From: an uncultured Streptococcus sp.
GTDB taxonomy: Bacteria > Bacillota > Bacilli > Lactobacillales > Streptococcaceae
DNA length: 64,000 bases
Assembly: GCA_943914425.1 (NCBI GenBank)
Contig: CALUBZ010000002.1
Location: 3,200-67,199 of the forward strand
Reading direction: 5' to 3'
Part shown: positions 49,686 to 59,356 of the stretch, one piece after another
Layout of the letters: each line of letters begins with the position of its first letter
Numbering within the stretch: position 1 is the first letter of the stretch
Position numbers and translations under genes: made by a program
Notes under the pieces: model-generated
The model's database searches: none
What the model was told of the DNA's origin: nothing
The model's input: the letters and a program-made list of their open reading frames with translations, nothing else

Positions 49686-50399
49686 CTACAATAACTTCTT
49701 CTGTTCAAGATTTTTTCTAGTTGAGCTTGGTTCTGCTTGACCAAACTGTTCTGCTAGGCGCTGACTCCAGCTTGTGGTCGCACGCGCTCCAGCATAGTCA
49801 GCCTGTACACGGTCATAAGCTTGGATTGCCTCAGTTGACTGTTCTTGGTATTCTTCCTCAAAGACTACATTATCTAGTGGTAGTCTTGGTTTCACATCAT
49901 GATGTTGATTTGGCACACCTAGCGCCATCCCAAAGACGGGATAGGTGTAGTCAGGCAGATTAAAAAGCTCTGACACTTCTTCTGACTTGTATCGAACCAA
50001 ACCGATAATGACACCGCCATAGCCCAAGCTTTCAGCTGCCAGCAGGGCATTTTGACCAGCAAGAGCCGCATCGACTGAACTAATCAAGAGACCTTCTACA
50101 CCTTGAGGTTGGAAGGTATCCGTATGGAGTCGTGCTCCCTTTTCTGCACGGTTCAAATCTCCGACAAAGAGAAGAAAAACAGCAGACCGGCGAATGGCTT
50201 CTTGAGGCACCAATTCATACAAGGCATCTTTCTTCTCTTGACTTCGTACCACAATCACAGAGTAGGATTGGAAATTCTTCCAAGGCGAGGCCATCTGAGC
50301 TGCTGTCAGGATTTCAGTCAAGTCTTCCTGAGGAAGGCCTTGCTCCTTAAATCTGCGCACTGAAGTGTGAGCCTTCATTAATTTGATTGTTTCTGTCAT
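49686..50399 (-). CDS. NADPH-dependent nitro/flavin reductase (NfsA/NfrA family)
   Basis: HTSVRRF, AAESLG and KPRLP motifs. Confidence 0.9.
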   Translation of the reverse strand: MTETIKLMKAHTSVRRFKEQGLPQEDLTEILTAAQMASPWKNFQSYSVIVVRSQEKKDALYELVPQEAIRRSAVFLLFVGDLNRAEKGARLHTDTFQPQGVEGLLISSVDAALAGQNALLAAESLGYGGVIIGLVRYKSEEVSELFNLPDYTYPVFGMALGVPNQHHDVKPRLPLDNVVFEEEYQEQSTEAIQAYDRVQADYAGARATTSWSQRLAEQFGQAEPSSTRKNLEQKKLL

Positions 50400-51292
50400 C
50401 GACGGTTTACTCCTTCTAAACGAGTCTCCTCAGCCAAATAACGGATGCGTTCCATGACCCGTCTGGCTTCCCAGGTTTCGTCATTTCCATTTTTCCCTTT
50501 AGCGAAATGCTTCTCCAAATCTTCAAAGTTGAAGTTAGAGGTGAAAAAGGTCGGTAAATTTTCCTGCATCCGATATTGGAGAATCACCTGCAGGATTTCG
50601 TCACGCACCCAAGGTGTTGATTGCTCGGCACCAATATCATCTAAAATCAGGACTTCAGAAAGCTTAATCTCATCCACCAAGGTCTTAACATTACCATCAC
50701 CGATAGCATTTTTGACATCGATGACAAAGCTAGGATAGTGGAGGAGAGTGGATGAAACACCACGTTTTTCTGATAAATCATGGGCTAAGGCAGCCACCAT
50801 GAAACTTTTACCCACGCCAAAGTCTCCATACAAGTAAAGACCTTTTTGAATAGCTGGATATTGCTCCACGAAAGCTAATAGCTTTTCAAAAACTGGCAAG
50901 CGCCCCAAATCATCCAAATCTACTTGAGCTAAACTAGCTTTCTTGAGAGTAGCTGGCAGATTGATTAACTTGAGACGGTTCTTAATAGCCGCTTCTTTTT
51001 CAGCCGCGATTAGTTCAGGAGTTTCTTCATAAGAAACGTCCGCATAGCCATGATTCATAACCAAAATCGGCTTGTATCCTTTGGCGATATAATCCGTATC
51101 ACCACGGAGAAACTTGTCGCGCTCGGTGATGTACTGATTAAACTTGGAGATACTGCGATTTAATTCCTCTGGAGTAAGGGATTCTTGCTGGATAAAGGCC
51201 GCAACATCAGAGTCCTTCATGATTTTCTGGACCAAATCTTGATAATGAAAACGGCTAGGTTGACGTTTGAGTACGTCTCCGACACTTTCCAT
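50396..51292 (-). CDS. dnaI: Primosomal helicase loader DnaI
   Basis: GDFGVGKS and LDDIGAE motifs; operon order. Confidence 0.96.
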   Translation of the reverse strand: MESVGDVLKRQPSRFHYQDLVQKIMKDSDVAAFIQQESLTPEELNRSISKFNQYITERDKFLRGDTDYIAKGYKPILVMNHGYADVSYEETPELIAAEKEAAIKNRLKLINLPATLKKASLAQVDLDDLGRLPVFEKLLAFVEQYPAIQKGLYLYGDFGVGKSFMVAALAHDLSEKRGVSSTLLHYPSFVIDVKNAIGDGNVKTLVDEIKLSEVLILDDIGAEQSTPWVRDEILQVILQYRMQENLPTFFTSNFNFEDLEKHFAKGKNGNDETWEARRVMERIRYLAEETRLEGVNRR

Positions 51293-52462
51293 CTAATCTC
51301 CTCCTTTTTCTAATCGAGCTAATAGTTCTTGTTTCTTACGTTCTAGTTCCAGACGAGTTTCCTCGCTGGTTTCATTCTTATAATCTGGGTTACTCCACTT
51401 GGGTACATTGGACTTGGCAGGACTGGGTTTACTGCTTTTTTGAACCTGGCTCTTCTGCCCTCTCTCACGGATTCGCAAGACTGCCTCTTCTGCAGAATGT
51501 ATCTTTTGATAGGCATAGTCATTGGCTACCTTCATGGCATATTTCTCATTGATATTTGCCGAATCCACCTTATTAAAGGTCAATAAGAGAATGATATTGA
51601 TGACTTCGTCCAGCAAGCCCAAGCCAGCCATCTGTTGCAAGAGATCTCTTTCTGTTTGGGTAATGGTCCCCTTGCGTGTTTGCTTGATTTCTGCTAAGAA
51701 CTGCAGGGCAGTTTTACTTTTGGCTTCCTTGATAATGGTTGCTTCCTTAGGACTAAAGTCAGAGGAAACAGATTTTTGAGCAATTTTTTCCCGCATGCGT
51801 TTGGTTGAAATAACCTGGGAAACAGCTGTTGACTTAGCCAATTGATAAGTCTCAAACCAAGTCCATTTCTTCTCCTCGGCAATGGCAAAGAGGTTTAAGA
51901 CATCGGACTGCTCATCCGCAAAACGAAGCCCATCTCGAGCCATAAGCTGGCGAAAATGTTCTAAGTCAAAATCGTTAGCCACTTTCTTCTTGAGACTAAG
52001 GTCTTCTTGACTTCCCAGCTCTGCCAAATCTGGAAAGACTTGATTGAGTGAGACAGGTATTTCTTCTCCCTCAGCACTCTCAACTTTCAAATCCTCTACA
52101 GCTGCATCACCAATCTTTTTCTCCAAGAGTCTACGATAAACAGGATGTTCCAAGAAGTCCTGACTCGAAAGGGGAGCATGGAGAGCTAGCTGATAAACAT
52201 CCCCCTTTTGATAGAGGGTCAAGAGATTGAAAGCAGATAGAATTTTCAAGGCTTTTATCAGTCTATCCATCCCAAAGTTAAGATGGTTAAGAATGCTTGA
52301 AAAAAGATATTCCTTTCTACCATTATCCCAAAAACTAATCGTATAAAGATAAAGGCTCAGTGCCTCCTGACCGATAATCGGGAGGTAGCACTGTACCAGA
52401 GATGAGGTATCTTGCGACACCCGATTATTCTTTAGATAAGAAAAACGGTCAATTGGCTTCAT
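51293..52462 (-). CDS. dnaB: Replication initiation/membrane attachment protein DnaB (Firmicutes type)
   Basis: YLPIIG motif; between nrdR and dnaI. Confidence 0.92.
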   Translation of the reverse strand: MKPIDRFSYLKNNRVSQDTSSLVQCYLPIIGQEALSLYLYTISFWDNGRKEYLFSSILNHLNFGMDRLIKALKILSAFNLLTLYQKGDVYQLALHAPLSSQDFLEHPVYRRLLEKKIGDAAVEDLKVESAEGEEIPVSLNQVFPDLAELGSQEDLSLKKKVANDFDLEHFRQLMARDGLRFADEQSDVLNLFAIAEEKKWTWFETYQLAKSTAVSQVISTKRMREKIAQKSVSSDFSPKEATIIKEAKSKTALQFLAEIKQTRKGTITQTERDLLQQMAGLGLLDEVINIILLLTFNKVDSANINEKYAMKVANDYAYQKIHSAEEAVLRIRERGQKSQVQKSSKPSPAKSNVPKWSNPDYKNETSEETRLELERKKQELLARLEKGGD

Positions 52463-52936
52463 TTATCTTTCCTTTTTCTTTTTAGAGGACTGGGTGATTT
52501 GTTGGAGCAAGCTCTCTAACTCACTGACATCCTTAAAACTACGATAGACGCTGGCAAAACGTACATAGGTAATCTCATCCAATTCAGCCAACTCCTCCAT
52601 GACGAGTGAACCAATGTCCTCACTTTGAATTTCATTTTCATTTCGACCACGGAGTTTCTGTTCGATACGATTGACTACCATGTTGATTTCATCACTTGAT
52701 ACAGGACGTTTTTGAGCTGACCGGATAATCCCATTAAAGATTTTGTCTCTGGAGAATTGTTCCCGTGTGCCATCTTTTTTAACGACCACTAAGGTTCTTT
52801 CTTCTACCCGTTCGTAGGTTGTAAAACGGTGTTGGCATTCATCGCACTCACGTCTTCTACGAATGGTGTTCCCTTCTTCTGCTTGGCGACTATCGATAAC
52901 ACTTGACTTGGTAGCCCCACATTTTGGACAACGCAT
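52463..52936 (-). CDS. nrdR: Transcriptional repressor NrdR
   Basis: MRCPKC zinc ribbon, RRRREC, ATP cone, YVRFASVY. Confidence 0.98.
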
Positions 52937-53009
52937 CCTTTCCCTCCTTATCGTTTTCTTTTCATTATACCATTTTTTAAGCGATTCCCAAAACAATTCT
53001 TCTTTTTGC

Positions 53010-53051
53010 TTGACAAGTTTTTTGTTTTGTTGTATTATTTAATTAAGACAA
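53010..53051 (+). promoter_or_regulatory. SigA promoter with overlapping YtrA-type operator
   Basis: TTGACA-17-TATTAT; imperfect palindrome TTGTATTA-N6-TAAGACAA over the -10. Confidence 0.7.
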
Positions 53052-53075
53052 AGAGATAAAAGAAAGGAGACCAAG

Positions 53076-53441
53076 ATGTCCTGGACATTTGACAACAAAA
53101 AACCCATCTATTTACAGATTATGGAGAAAATCAAGCTTCAGATTGTTTCCCATACACTGGAACCCAATCAACAACTTCCAACCGTGAGAGACCTGGCTAG
53201 CGAGGCGGGTGTCAATCCAAACACCATCCAAAGAGCCTTGTCAGACCTTGAACGAGAAGGATTTGTCTACAGCAAGCGAACAACTGGACGATTTGTGACT
53301 GAGGATAAGGAGCTAATCGCCCAATCGCGCAAACAATTATCCGAAGAAGAATTGGAACACTTCGTTTCCTCCATGACCCATTTTGGCTATGAAAAAGAAG
53401 AACTACCAGGCGTAGTCGGCGATTATATTAAAGGAGTTTAA
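53076..53441 (+). CDS. GntR/YtrA-subfamily regulator
   Basis: PIYLQI, LPTVR, VNPNT motifs; short C-terminus; precedes ABC genes. Confidence 0.92.
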   Translation: MSWTFDNKKPIYLQIMEKIKLQIVSHTLEPNQQLPTVRDLASEAGVNPNTIQRALSDLEREGFVYSKRTTGRFVTEDKELIAQSRKQLSEEELEHFVSSMTHFGYEKEELPGVVGDYIKGV

Positions 53442-53445
53442 GCCT

Positions 53446-54141
53446 ATGTCATTACTAGCATTTAAAAATGTATCCAAATCTTATGGAGCAACCCCAGCCC
53501 TTGAAAATGTTTCCCTTGACATCCCAGCTGGAAAAATTGTCGGTCTCCTCGGCCCAAATGGCTCAGGAAAAACAACTCTGATTAAACTAATCAATGGCCT
53601 CTTACAACCAGATCAAGGACGTGTCCTTATCAACGATATGGACCCAAGCCCAGCAACCAAGGCTATCGTAGCTTATTTGCCAGATACGACCTATCTCAAT
53701 GAGCAAATGAAGGTCAAAGAAGCCCTAACCTACTTCAAGACTTTCTATAAAGATTTCAATCTTGAACGTGCCCATCATCTGCTTGCAGACCTCGGCATTG
53801 ATGAAAATAGTCGTCTCAAGAAACTATCAAAAGGGAACAAGGAAAAGGTACAACTGATTTTAGTTATGAGCCGTGATGCCCGTCTATACGTTCTGGATGA
53901 ACCCATTGGAGGGGTTGACCCTGCTGCCCGTGAGTATATCCTCAATACCATCATCAACAACTACTCCCCAACTTCTACCGTTTTGATTTCTACCCACTTG
54001 ATTTCTGATATCGAGCCAATCTTAGATGAAATTGTCTTCCTCAAAGACGGAAAAGTCGTCCGTCAAGGAAATGTAGATGATATTCGCTATGAGTCAGGTG
54101 AATCCATTGACCAACTCTTCCGTCAGGAATTTAAGGCCTAA
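53446..54141 (+). CDS. ABC transporter ATP-binding protein
   Basis: GPNGSGKT, LSKG, LDEP motifs. Confidence 0.95.
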   Translation: MSLLAFKNVSKSYGATPALENVSLDIPAGKIVGLLGPNGSGKTTLIKLINGLLQPDQGRVLINDMDPSPATKAIVAYLPDTTYLNEQMKVKEALTYFKTFYKDFNLERAHHLLADLGIDENSRLKKLSKGNKEKVQLILVMSRDARLYVLDEPIGGVDPAAREYILNTIINNYSPTSTVLISTHLISDIEPILDEIVFLKDGKVVRQGNVDDIRYESGESIDQLFRQEFKA

Positions 54142-54156
54142 GCAAAGGAGATTATT

Positions 54157-54921
54157 ATGTTTTGGAATTTAGTTCGCTACGAATTTAAAAATGTCAACAA
54201 GTGGTATTTAGCCCTCTACGCTGCTGTTCTCTTCCTCTCTGTTCTTATTGGAATTCAGACACAATCCTTAATAAAATTACCTGAAAAAAATCTATCTGTT
54301 CTACTTGTTTTTCTATCTACTGTCTTTGGTGGTTTGATGGTTACACTTGTGATTTCAACTATCTTCTTGATTATTAAACGATTCAAAGGAAGTGTCTATG
54401 ACCGACAAGGCTATCTGACTTTAACCTTGCCAGTTTCTGAACACCATATCATCACAGCCAAACTAATCGGTGCCTTTATCTGGTCGTTGATTAGCACTGC
54501 TGTCTTACTCCTATGTGTCTATATTATGTTATTGTCAACAAATTCTAATGAAGTTCAACTTTCTACTCTTCTGTCATTTGTTGGAGAACATTTTACCGGC
54601 TTTAGTCTTACTGTCTTATCCTTCCTACTAAATACTATTTCAGGAATCCTCTGCATCTACTTGGCCATTTCCATTGGACAGCTTTTCAACGAATACCGTA
54701 GCGCACTTGCTGTTGCAGCCTACATTGGTATCCAAATCGTCATTGGATTTATTGAAGTCTCCTTCAATACCAGTACTAACTTCTATATCAATTCACTTGC
54801 AGGATTTAATGATAATTTCTATATGGGAGCAGGTATAAGTATTGTTGAAGAACTCATATTCATAGCTATCTTTTACCTCGGAACCTACTACATCTTGAGA
54901 AACAAGGTTAATTTACAATAA
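54157..54921 (+). CDS. ABC-2-type permease
   Basis: About 6 TM segments, LTLPVS motif. Confidence 0.85.
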   Translation: MFWNLVRYEFKNVNKWYLALYAAVLFLSVLIGIQTQSLIKLPEKNLSVLLVFLSTVFGGLMVTLVISTIFLIIKRFKGSVYDRQGYLTLTLPVSEHHIITAKLIGAFIWSLISTAVLLLCVYIMLLSTNSNEVQLSTLLSFVGEHFTGFSLTVLSFLLNTISGILCIYLAISIGQLFNEYRSALAVAAYIGIQIVIGFIEVSFNTSTNFYINSLAGFNDNFYMGAGISIVEELIFIAIFYLGTYYILRNKVNLQ

Positions 54922-54952
54922 AAAATGCCCAGCTAAAAAGCTGGGTTTTGAT

Positions 54953-55648
54953 TTAACTCAATATCAAACTGGCTACGATAGGGCTGACAAAGACATAGAG
55001 AATACCGGTAACACCGATAGCCAAGCCACCCATAGCTCCTGCTACAGAGCCGTATCGAAAGGCTGTTCCCGTTCCGACTGCATGGCCTGTGCCTCCAAGG
55101 GAAAGACCAACAGCTACTGGATCATCTATTTTCAACCACTTCAAAAGTGTTGGGCCGATGACACTAGTTAAAATCCCAGTTGCGACTACAACGACCAAGG
55201 TCACGGTCGTCAGACCTTGCAATTTTTCTGTAATTCCTACTGCCATGGCGGTTGTTACTGACTTAGGAAAGAGAGAAATGGCTAGGAAAAAGTCCATCCC
55301 AAAGATTTTGGCTACAAGAGCTGTGAAAGAGGTATTGACAACTACTGCTAACAGACTACCAAAGAGAATACTCCGAGCATGGTGCTTCATCAAGTGAAAA
55401 CTCTTATAAAGCGGAATCCCCAAAGCCACTGTCGATGGGACAATCAAGTTGTTCAGATAAACTCCACCTTGGTAGTAATCTTGGTAAGAAATGCCTGTCA
55501 CTTTTAGAAAGATGATAATAAAAACAGCTGACAAAAGTAAGGGCGTTGTCAATGGATGGGGAAAACGTCTGTAAATCAACATTCCCACTAGATAGGCTAA
55601 TATAGACAGAGCAAGCCCAAACAGGGGATTGGAAACAAATTCACTCAT
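54953..55648 (-). CDS. lrgB: LrgB/CidB-family membrane protein
   Basis: PKSVTTAMA and HAVGT motifs. Confidence 0.9.
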   Translation of the reverse strand: MSEFVSNPLFGLALSILAYLVGMLIYRRFPHPLTTPLLLSAVFIIIFLKVTGISYQDYYQGGVYLNNLIVPSTVALGIPLYKSFHLMKHHARSILFGSLLAVVVNTSFTALVAKIFGMDFFLAISLFPKSVTTAMAVGITEKLQGLTTVTLVVVVATGILTSVIGPTLLKWLKIDDPVAVGLSLGGTGHAVGTGTAFRYGSVAGAMGGLAIGVTGILYVFVSPIVASLILS

Positions 55649-56019
55649 TTGGCATCTCCTTTCTCATAATCTCCCTCAAACCGTCGTTTAATAAACTGAA
55701 CCACCAAGGCTATGAGGATAATATTGATGACTGCTGCAAAAAAGACAATCAAGACGATGGGCAAAAGATAGGGAGCAATCACATCAAACTTCTCCATGAT
55801 TCCCACTGCTGGTGGCAAAAAGAGAATGGTCATATTGGCCAGCAAAAAATTCCCTACCATGTTAACATGCCTAGTTCTCAGCCACTTGAATTGTAGGGCT
55901 AGAAAGAGAATAATCAAACCGATAATACTGCCTGGGATGGGCAAATGAAAGAAACTAGAGATTCCCTCTCCGATTAAAGAAATCACAAAGAGAATCATTA
56001 ATTGAACATATAATTTCAT
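55645..56019 (-). CDS. lrgA: CidA/LrgA-family protein
   Basis: LPIPGSIIGL and LFLPPAVG motifs; start adjusted to MKLYVQ. Confidence 0.88.
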   Translation of the reverse strand: MKLYVQLMILFVISLIGEGISSFFHLPIPGSIIGLIILFLALQFKWLRTRHVNMVGNFLLANMTILFLPPAVGIMEKFDVIAPYLLPIVLIVFFAAVINIILIALVVQFIKRRFEGDYEKGDAK

Positions 56020-56184
56020 CCTAAACTCCACGAAATAGACTTCTGCATACCAGTTTACTATTTTTTCAGAAAATTTCAAGGAAATGCACAAGGGATAATG
56101 AAAATTAGAGATGAAAGTGGATACAGACAATTCTTGACTTGTGAAAACAGGCATGATTTAGGATAAAAGATTTCAACGTCCTTC

Positions 56185-56231
56185 TTGCCAGCATTCTCGA
56201 AAAGTAGTATAATTATTGCATGCGCAATCAT
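56185..56231 (+). promoter_or_regulatory. marR promoter and operator copy 1
   Basis: TTGCCA-17-TATAAT followed by TTGCATGCGCAATCAT. Confidence 0.7.
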
Positions 56232-56301
56232 CTTGTGATACAAAGACTGTCCGTGAATGGACCTTCTTCTATTTTATAACTCTAAAAAGAAAGGAGATGC
56301 T

Positions 56302-56682
56302 ATGACCTATTTGGAAAAATGGTTTGACTTCAATCGGCGTCAGAAAGAAATTGAAAACCTCTTGGAAGAGACTATTGCCCAGCAGAGCGAGCAAAGTCTG
56401 ACCTTGAAAGAGTTCTACCTGCTCTACTATCTGGACTTGGCTCAAGAAAAATCTCTACGCCAGATTGACCTGCCAGATAAACTTCATCTGAGCCCGAGCG
56501 CTGTTTCTCGGATGGTGGCTCGCTTGGAAGCCAAAAATTGCGGTCTACTTAGTCGCAGGTGTTGTGATCAAGATAGACGTTCTAGCTTTATCTGCCTGAC
56601 AGGTGATGGGCAAAAGACACTGGCCTCTCTACAAAAAGCTGTCGAAGAAAGCTTGGAAACTGGTTTAGATTTCTTGATTTAA
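56302..56682 (+). CDS. MarR-family regulator
   Basis: LSPSAVSRMVARLE and DRRS motifs; AGGAG RBS; Cys-rich wing. Confidence 0.92.
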   Translation: MTYLEKWFDFNRRQKEIENLLEETIAQQSEQSLTLKEFYLLYYLDLAQEKSLRQIDLPDKLHLSPSAVSRMVARLEAKNCGLLSRRCCDQDRRSSFICLTGDGQKTLASLQKAVEESLETGLDFLI

Positions 56683-56700
56683 GATGATTTTAGAAAAAAG

Positions 56701-56750
56701 TTGCGTGCGCAATCATTTTTCTTGACATTCTCTTTTACAAGGAGTAAAAT
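56701..56750 (+). promoter_or_regulatory. DUF4649-trxA promoter and operator copy 2
   Basis: TTGCGTGCGCAATCAT, then TTGACA-17-TAAAAT. Confidence 0.7.
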
Positions 56751-56781
56751 AAAGTCATCATTAAACAAAGGAGTTTTAAGT

Positions 56782-57003
56782 ATGATTGAAATTACCTATC
56801 TAGATGCCAGCAAGAACGAAAGAACTGTAACTTTCGAATCTTATGAAGACTTTGATCGTTCACAACAAGCTTGCCTTATCGGCGTCGCAGACTACTACCC
56901 TGTCCAAAAATTAACTTACAACGGTCATGATTTGGACTATCATGGGACTTACGGAGATGTCTTCTTCTATCTCATGAAACAAGATTTAAGCCAATATAAC
57001 TAA
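56782..57003 (+). CDS. DUF4649-like small protein
   Basis: MIEITYLDA start with AGGAG RBS; usual position before streptococcal trxA. Confidence 0.75.
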   Translation: MIEITYLDASKNERTVTFESYEDFDRSQQACLIGVADYYPVQKLTYNGHDLDYHGTYGDVFFYLMKQDLSQYN

Positions 57004-57017
57004 AAAGGAGAAATAAA

Positions 57018-57332
57018 ATGGCAAAAGCAATTACAGATGCAACATTCGAACAAGAAACAAAAGACGGTTTGGTCTTAGTAGACTTCTGGGCAACTTGGTG
57101 TGGTCCATGTCGTATGCAAGGTCCAATCTTGGATAAATTGTCTGAAGAACTTCCAGAAGATGTCTTGAAAATCGTTAAAATGGACGTTGATGAAAATCCA
57201 AACACAGCTCGTGCTTTTGGAATTATGTCTATCCCAACTCTTCTCTTCAAAAAAGACGGCCAAGTTGTCAAACAAGTTGCTGGTGTACACACAGCAGAAC
57301 AAATCAAGGCCATCGTTGCTGAATTGAGCTAA
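57018..57332 (+). CDS. trxA: Thioredoxin
   Basis: WCGPC active site; 104 aa. Confidence 0.97.
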   Translation: MAKAITDATFEQETKDGLVLVDFWATWCGPCRMQGPILDKLSEELPEDVLKIVKMDVDENPNTARAFGIMSIPTLLFKKDGQVVKQVAGVHTAEQIKAIVAELS

Positions 57333-57339
57333 TCATACT

Positions 57340-57371
57340 AGAGACCAAGTACTTGCTTTGGTCTCTTTTTT
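57340..57371 (+). terminator. Terminator after trxA
   Basis: AGAGACCAA...TTGGTCTCT followed by a T run. Confidence 0.8.
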
Positions 57372-57423
57372 CTTGCCCTTTGCCATTTTTCAAAAAATAT
57401 GCTAGACTGTATGTAGAATATTA

Positions 57424-57496
57424 CGATGTTTGGGACATGCCATCGCTAAAAAAAACCTCTACTTGGTATTTTTTAGCTCCCTCAAGGGAGCTTTTT
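57424..57496 (+). promoter_or_regulatory. preQ1 class I riboswitch with transcription attenuator
   Basis: P1 CGATG/CATCG, 12-nt loop TTTGGGACATGC, A8 tail, CCT able to pair with the loop GGG; terminator AGCTCCC-TCAA-GGGAGCT-TTTT; promoter TTGCCA-17-TAGACT (extended TG) at 57380-57408; upstream of queC. Confidence 0.82.
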
Positions 57497-57533
57497 GCGT
57501 GCTCTGAACATTTCCCATTTTGGAAGGAGTACT

Positions 57534-58187
57534 ATGAAACATCAATCAGCCTTGGTCGTCTTTAGCGGCGGTCAAGATTCTACAACCTGCCTCTTTTGGG
57601 CTAAAGAACACTATGAAACGGTTGAAGCCGTCACCTTTGCCTACGGCCAACGCCACCATCTTGAAATTCAAGTTGCCCAAGAAATCGCTAAGGAACAAGG
57701 CATTCGTCATCACATCTTAGATATGTCGCTGCTGGGACAAATCACTGAAAATGCTCTGACCTCTGATCTGGAGATTGAGCAAAAAGAGGGAGAGGTTCCC
57801 AATACCTTCGTTGATGGTCGTAACCACCTCTTTCTGTCCTTTGCGGCAGTCCTTGCTAAGCAACGAGGTATTAAAGATATCGTGACAGGTGTCTGCGAGA
57901 CAGACTTCTCAGGCTACCCCGATTGTCGAGATGTCTTTGTCAAATCCCTTAATGTTACCCTCAACCTTGCCATGGATTACGACTTTGTTATCCAAACACC
58001 TCTCATGTGGCTAGACAAGGCTGAAACATGGGAATTAGCCGATCAAATCGGTGCCTTTGGCTATGTTCGTGAAAAGACCTTAACCTGCTACAACGGGATT
58101 ATTGGAAGTGGCTGTGGAGATTGCCCAGCCTGCCATCTACGTCAACATGGTCTAGATGTTTATCTCTCACAGAAAGGAGAGGCCTAA
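57534..58187 (+). CDS. queC: 7-cyano-7-deazaguanine synthase
   Basis: [26 protein letters not shown] motifs. Confidence 0.97.
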   Translation: MKHQSALVVFSGGQDSTTCLFWAKEHYETVEAVTFAYGQRHHLEIQVAQEIAKEQGIRHHILDMSLLGQITENALTSDLEIEQKEGEVPNTFVDGRNHLFLSFAAVLAKQRGIKDIVTGVCETDFSGYPDCRDVFVKSLNVTLNLAMDYDFVIQTPLMWLDKAETWELADQIGAFGYVREKTLTCYNGIIGSGCGDCPACHLRQHGLDVYLSQKGEA

Positions 58188-58630
58188 TGTTTTTCGCACC
58201 TAAAGAAATCAAACAGGAAACTGGGGAGTCTCTTGTCTACAATCCTCACAGAACCTTGGTATCAAAAGAATTTACCTTTGACGCTGCCCACCACCTCTTT
58301 CACTATGAGGGAAAATGCAAATCCCTGCATGGCCACACCTATCATTTGCAGATTGCTGTCAGTGGGTTTTTAGATGAACGTGGCATGACCTACGATTTTG
58401 GGGATATCAAAGCCATCTACAAGAACTACTTAGAGCCCCACTTGGATCATCGCTATCTCAATGAAACTCTTCCCTATATGAATACAACCGCTGAAAATAT
58501 GGTTTACTGGATTTTCCAAACCATGAATCAAGAGTTACCAGACGAACGTGGTCTCCGTTTGGAATACGTTCGCCTCTATGAGACTCCGACTGCCTTTGCG
58601 GAGTTTAGACGGGAGTGGTTAGATGACTAG
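58187..58630 (+). CDS. queD: 6-carboxytetrahydropterin synthase
   Basis: AAHHL, CKSLHGH, LDH, TAEN and ETP motifs. Confidence 0.96.
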   Translation: MFFAPKEIKQETGESLVYNPHRTLVSKEFTFDAAHHLFHYEGKCKSLHGHTYHLQIAVSGFLDERGMTYDFGDIKAIYKNYLEPHLDHRYLNETLPYMNTTAENMVYWIFQTMNQELPDERGLRLEYVRLYETPTAFAEFRREWLDD

Positions 58631-59339
58631 GGAACGTGTCCTCAAACTACCAGTTTTGGAAATTTTTGGGCCAACCTTTCAAGGTGAAGGCCGTGCTATC
58701 GGGCAGAAAACCATGTTTGTCCGCACTGCAGGTTGCGACTACCACTGCGACTGGTGCGATTCTGCCTTTACTTGGGATGGCTCTGAAAAGCCAACTCGCA
58801 TGACAGCTGATGAAGTAATCGCTGAGTTAGATAAACTAGGAAGCTATGACTACGTCACCCTATCTGGGGGAAATCCTGCTATCCTAGCTGCCAATATGGC
58901 TCAACTGGTCACCAAACTCAAGGAACGTGGTGTCACTCTTGCTGTTGAGACCCAAGGCTCCCGCTGGCAAAATTGGTTAAAAGACATCGACCAAGTCACA
59001 CTGAGTCCCAAACCTCCTTCATCCAAGATGGAGGTCAACTTTGAGACCTTAGACTTTATCGTTTCCCAACTGGACCCAGACAAGGTCACCTTTAAAATCC
59101 CTGTCTTTGATGATGCAGATTTGGCTTTTGCCAAAGGAATTCAAGAACGCTACCAACCAGATGTCCTCTTCCTATCGGCTGGAAATCCTGAGCCCAAGGC
59201 TACAGGAAATATTGTCCAAGACCAACTGGACCGTCTCAAAGAACTCTGGGAACGCGTTGCTACTGACGATAACTGGGGCAATGTCCGCGTCCTTCCTCAA
59301 CTCCATACCCTCCTCTACGATAACCAACGTGGTGTTTAA
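58623..59339 (+). CDS. queE: 7-carboxy-7-deazaguanine synthase (radical SAM)
   Basis: FQGEG, CDYHCDWC, LPQLH motifs. Confidence 0.97.
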   Translation: MTRERVLKLPVLEIFGPTFQGEGRAIGQKTMFVRTAGCDYHCDWCDSAFTWDGSEKPTRMTADEVIAELDKLGSYDYVTLSGGNPAILAANMAQLVTKLKERGVTLAVETQGSRWQNWLKDIDQVTLSPKPPSSKMEVNFETLDFIVSQLDPDKVTFKIPVFDDADLAFAKGIQERYQPDVLFLSAGNPEPKATGNIVQDQLDRLKELWERVATDDNWGNVRVLPQLHTLLYDNQRGV

Positions 59340-59356
59340 ATTAGAAAGAAAAAATC

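Noticed and set aside
54953..56019. lrgAB as prophage holin/antiholin remnant
   Set aside because: Standard chromosomal CidA/LrgAB pair; no phage genes nearby
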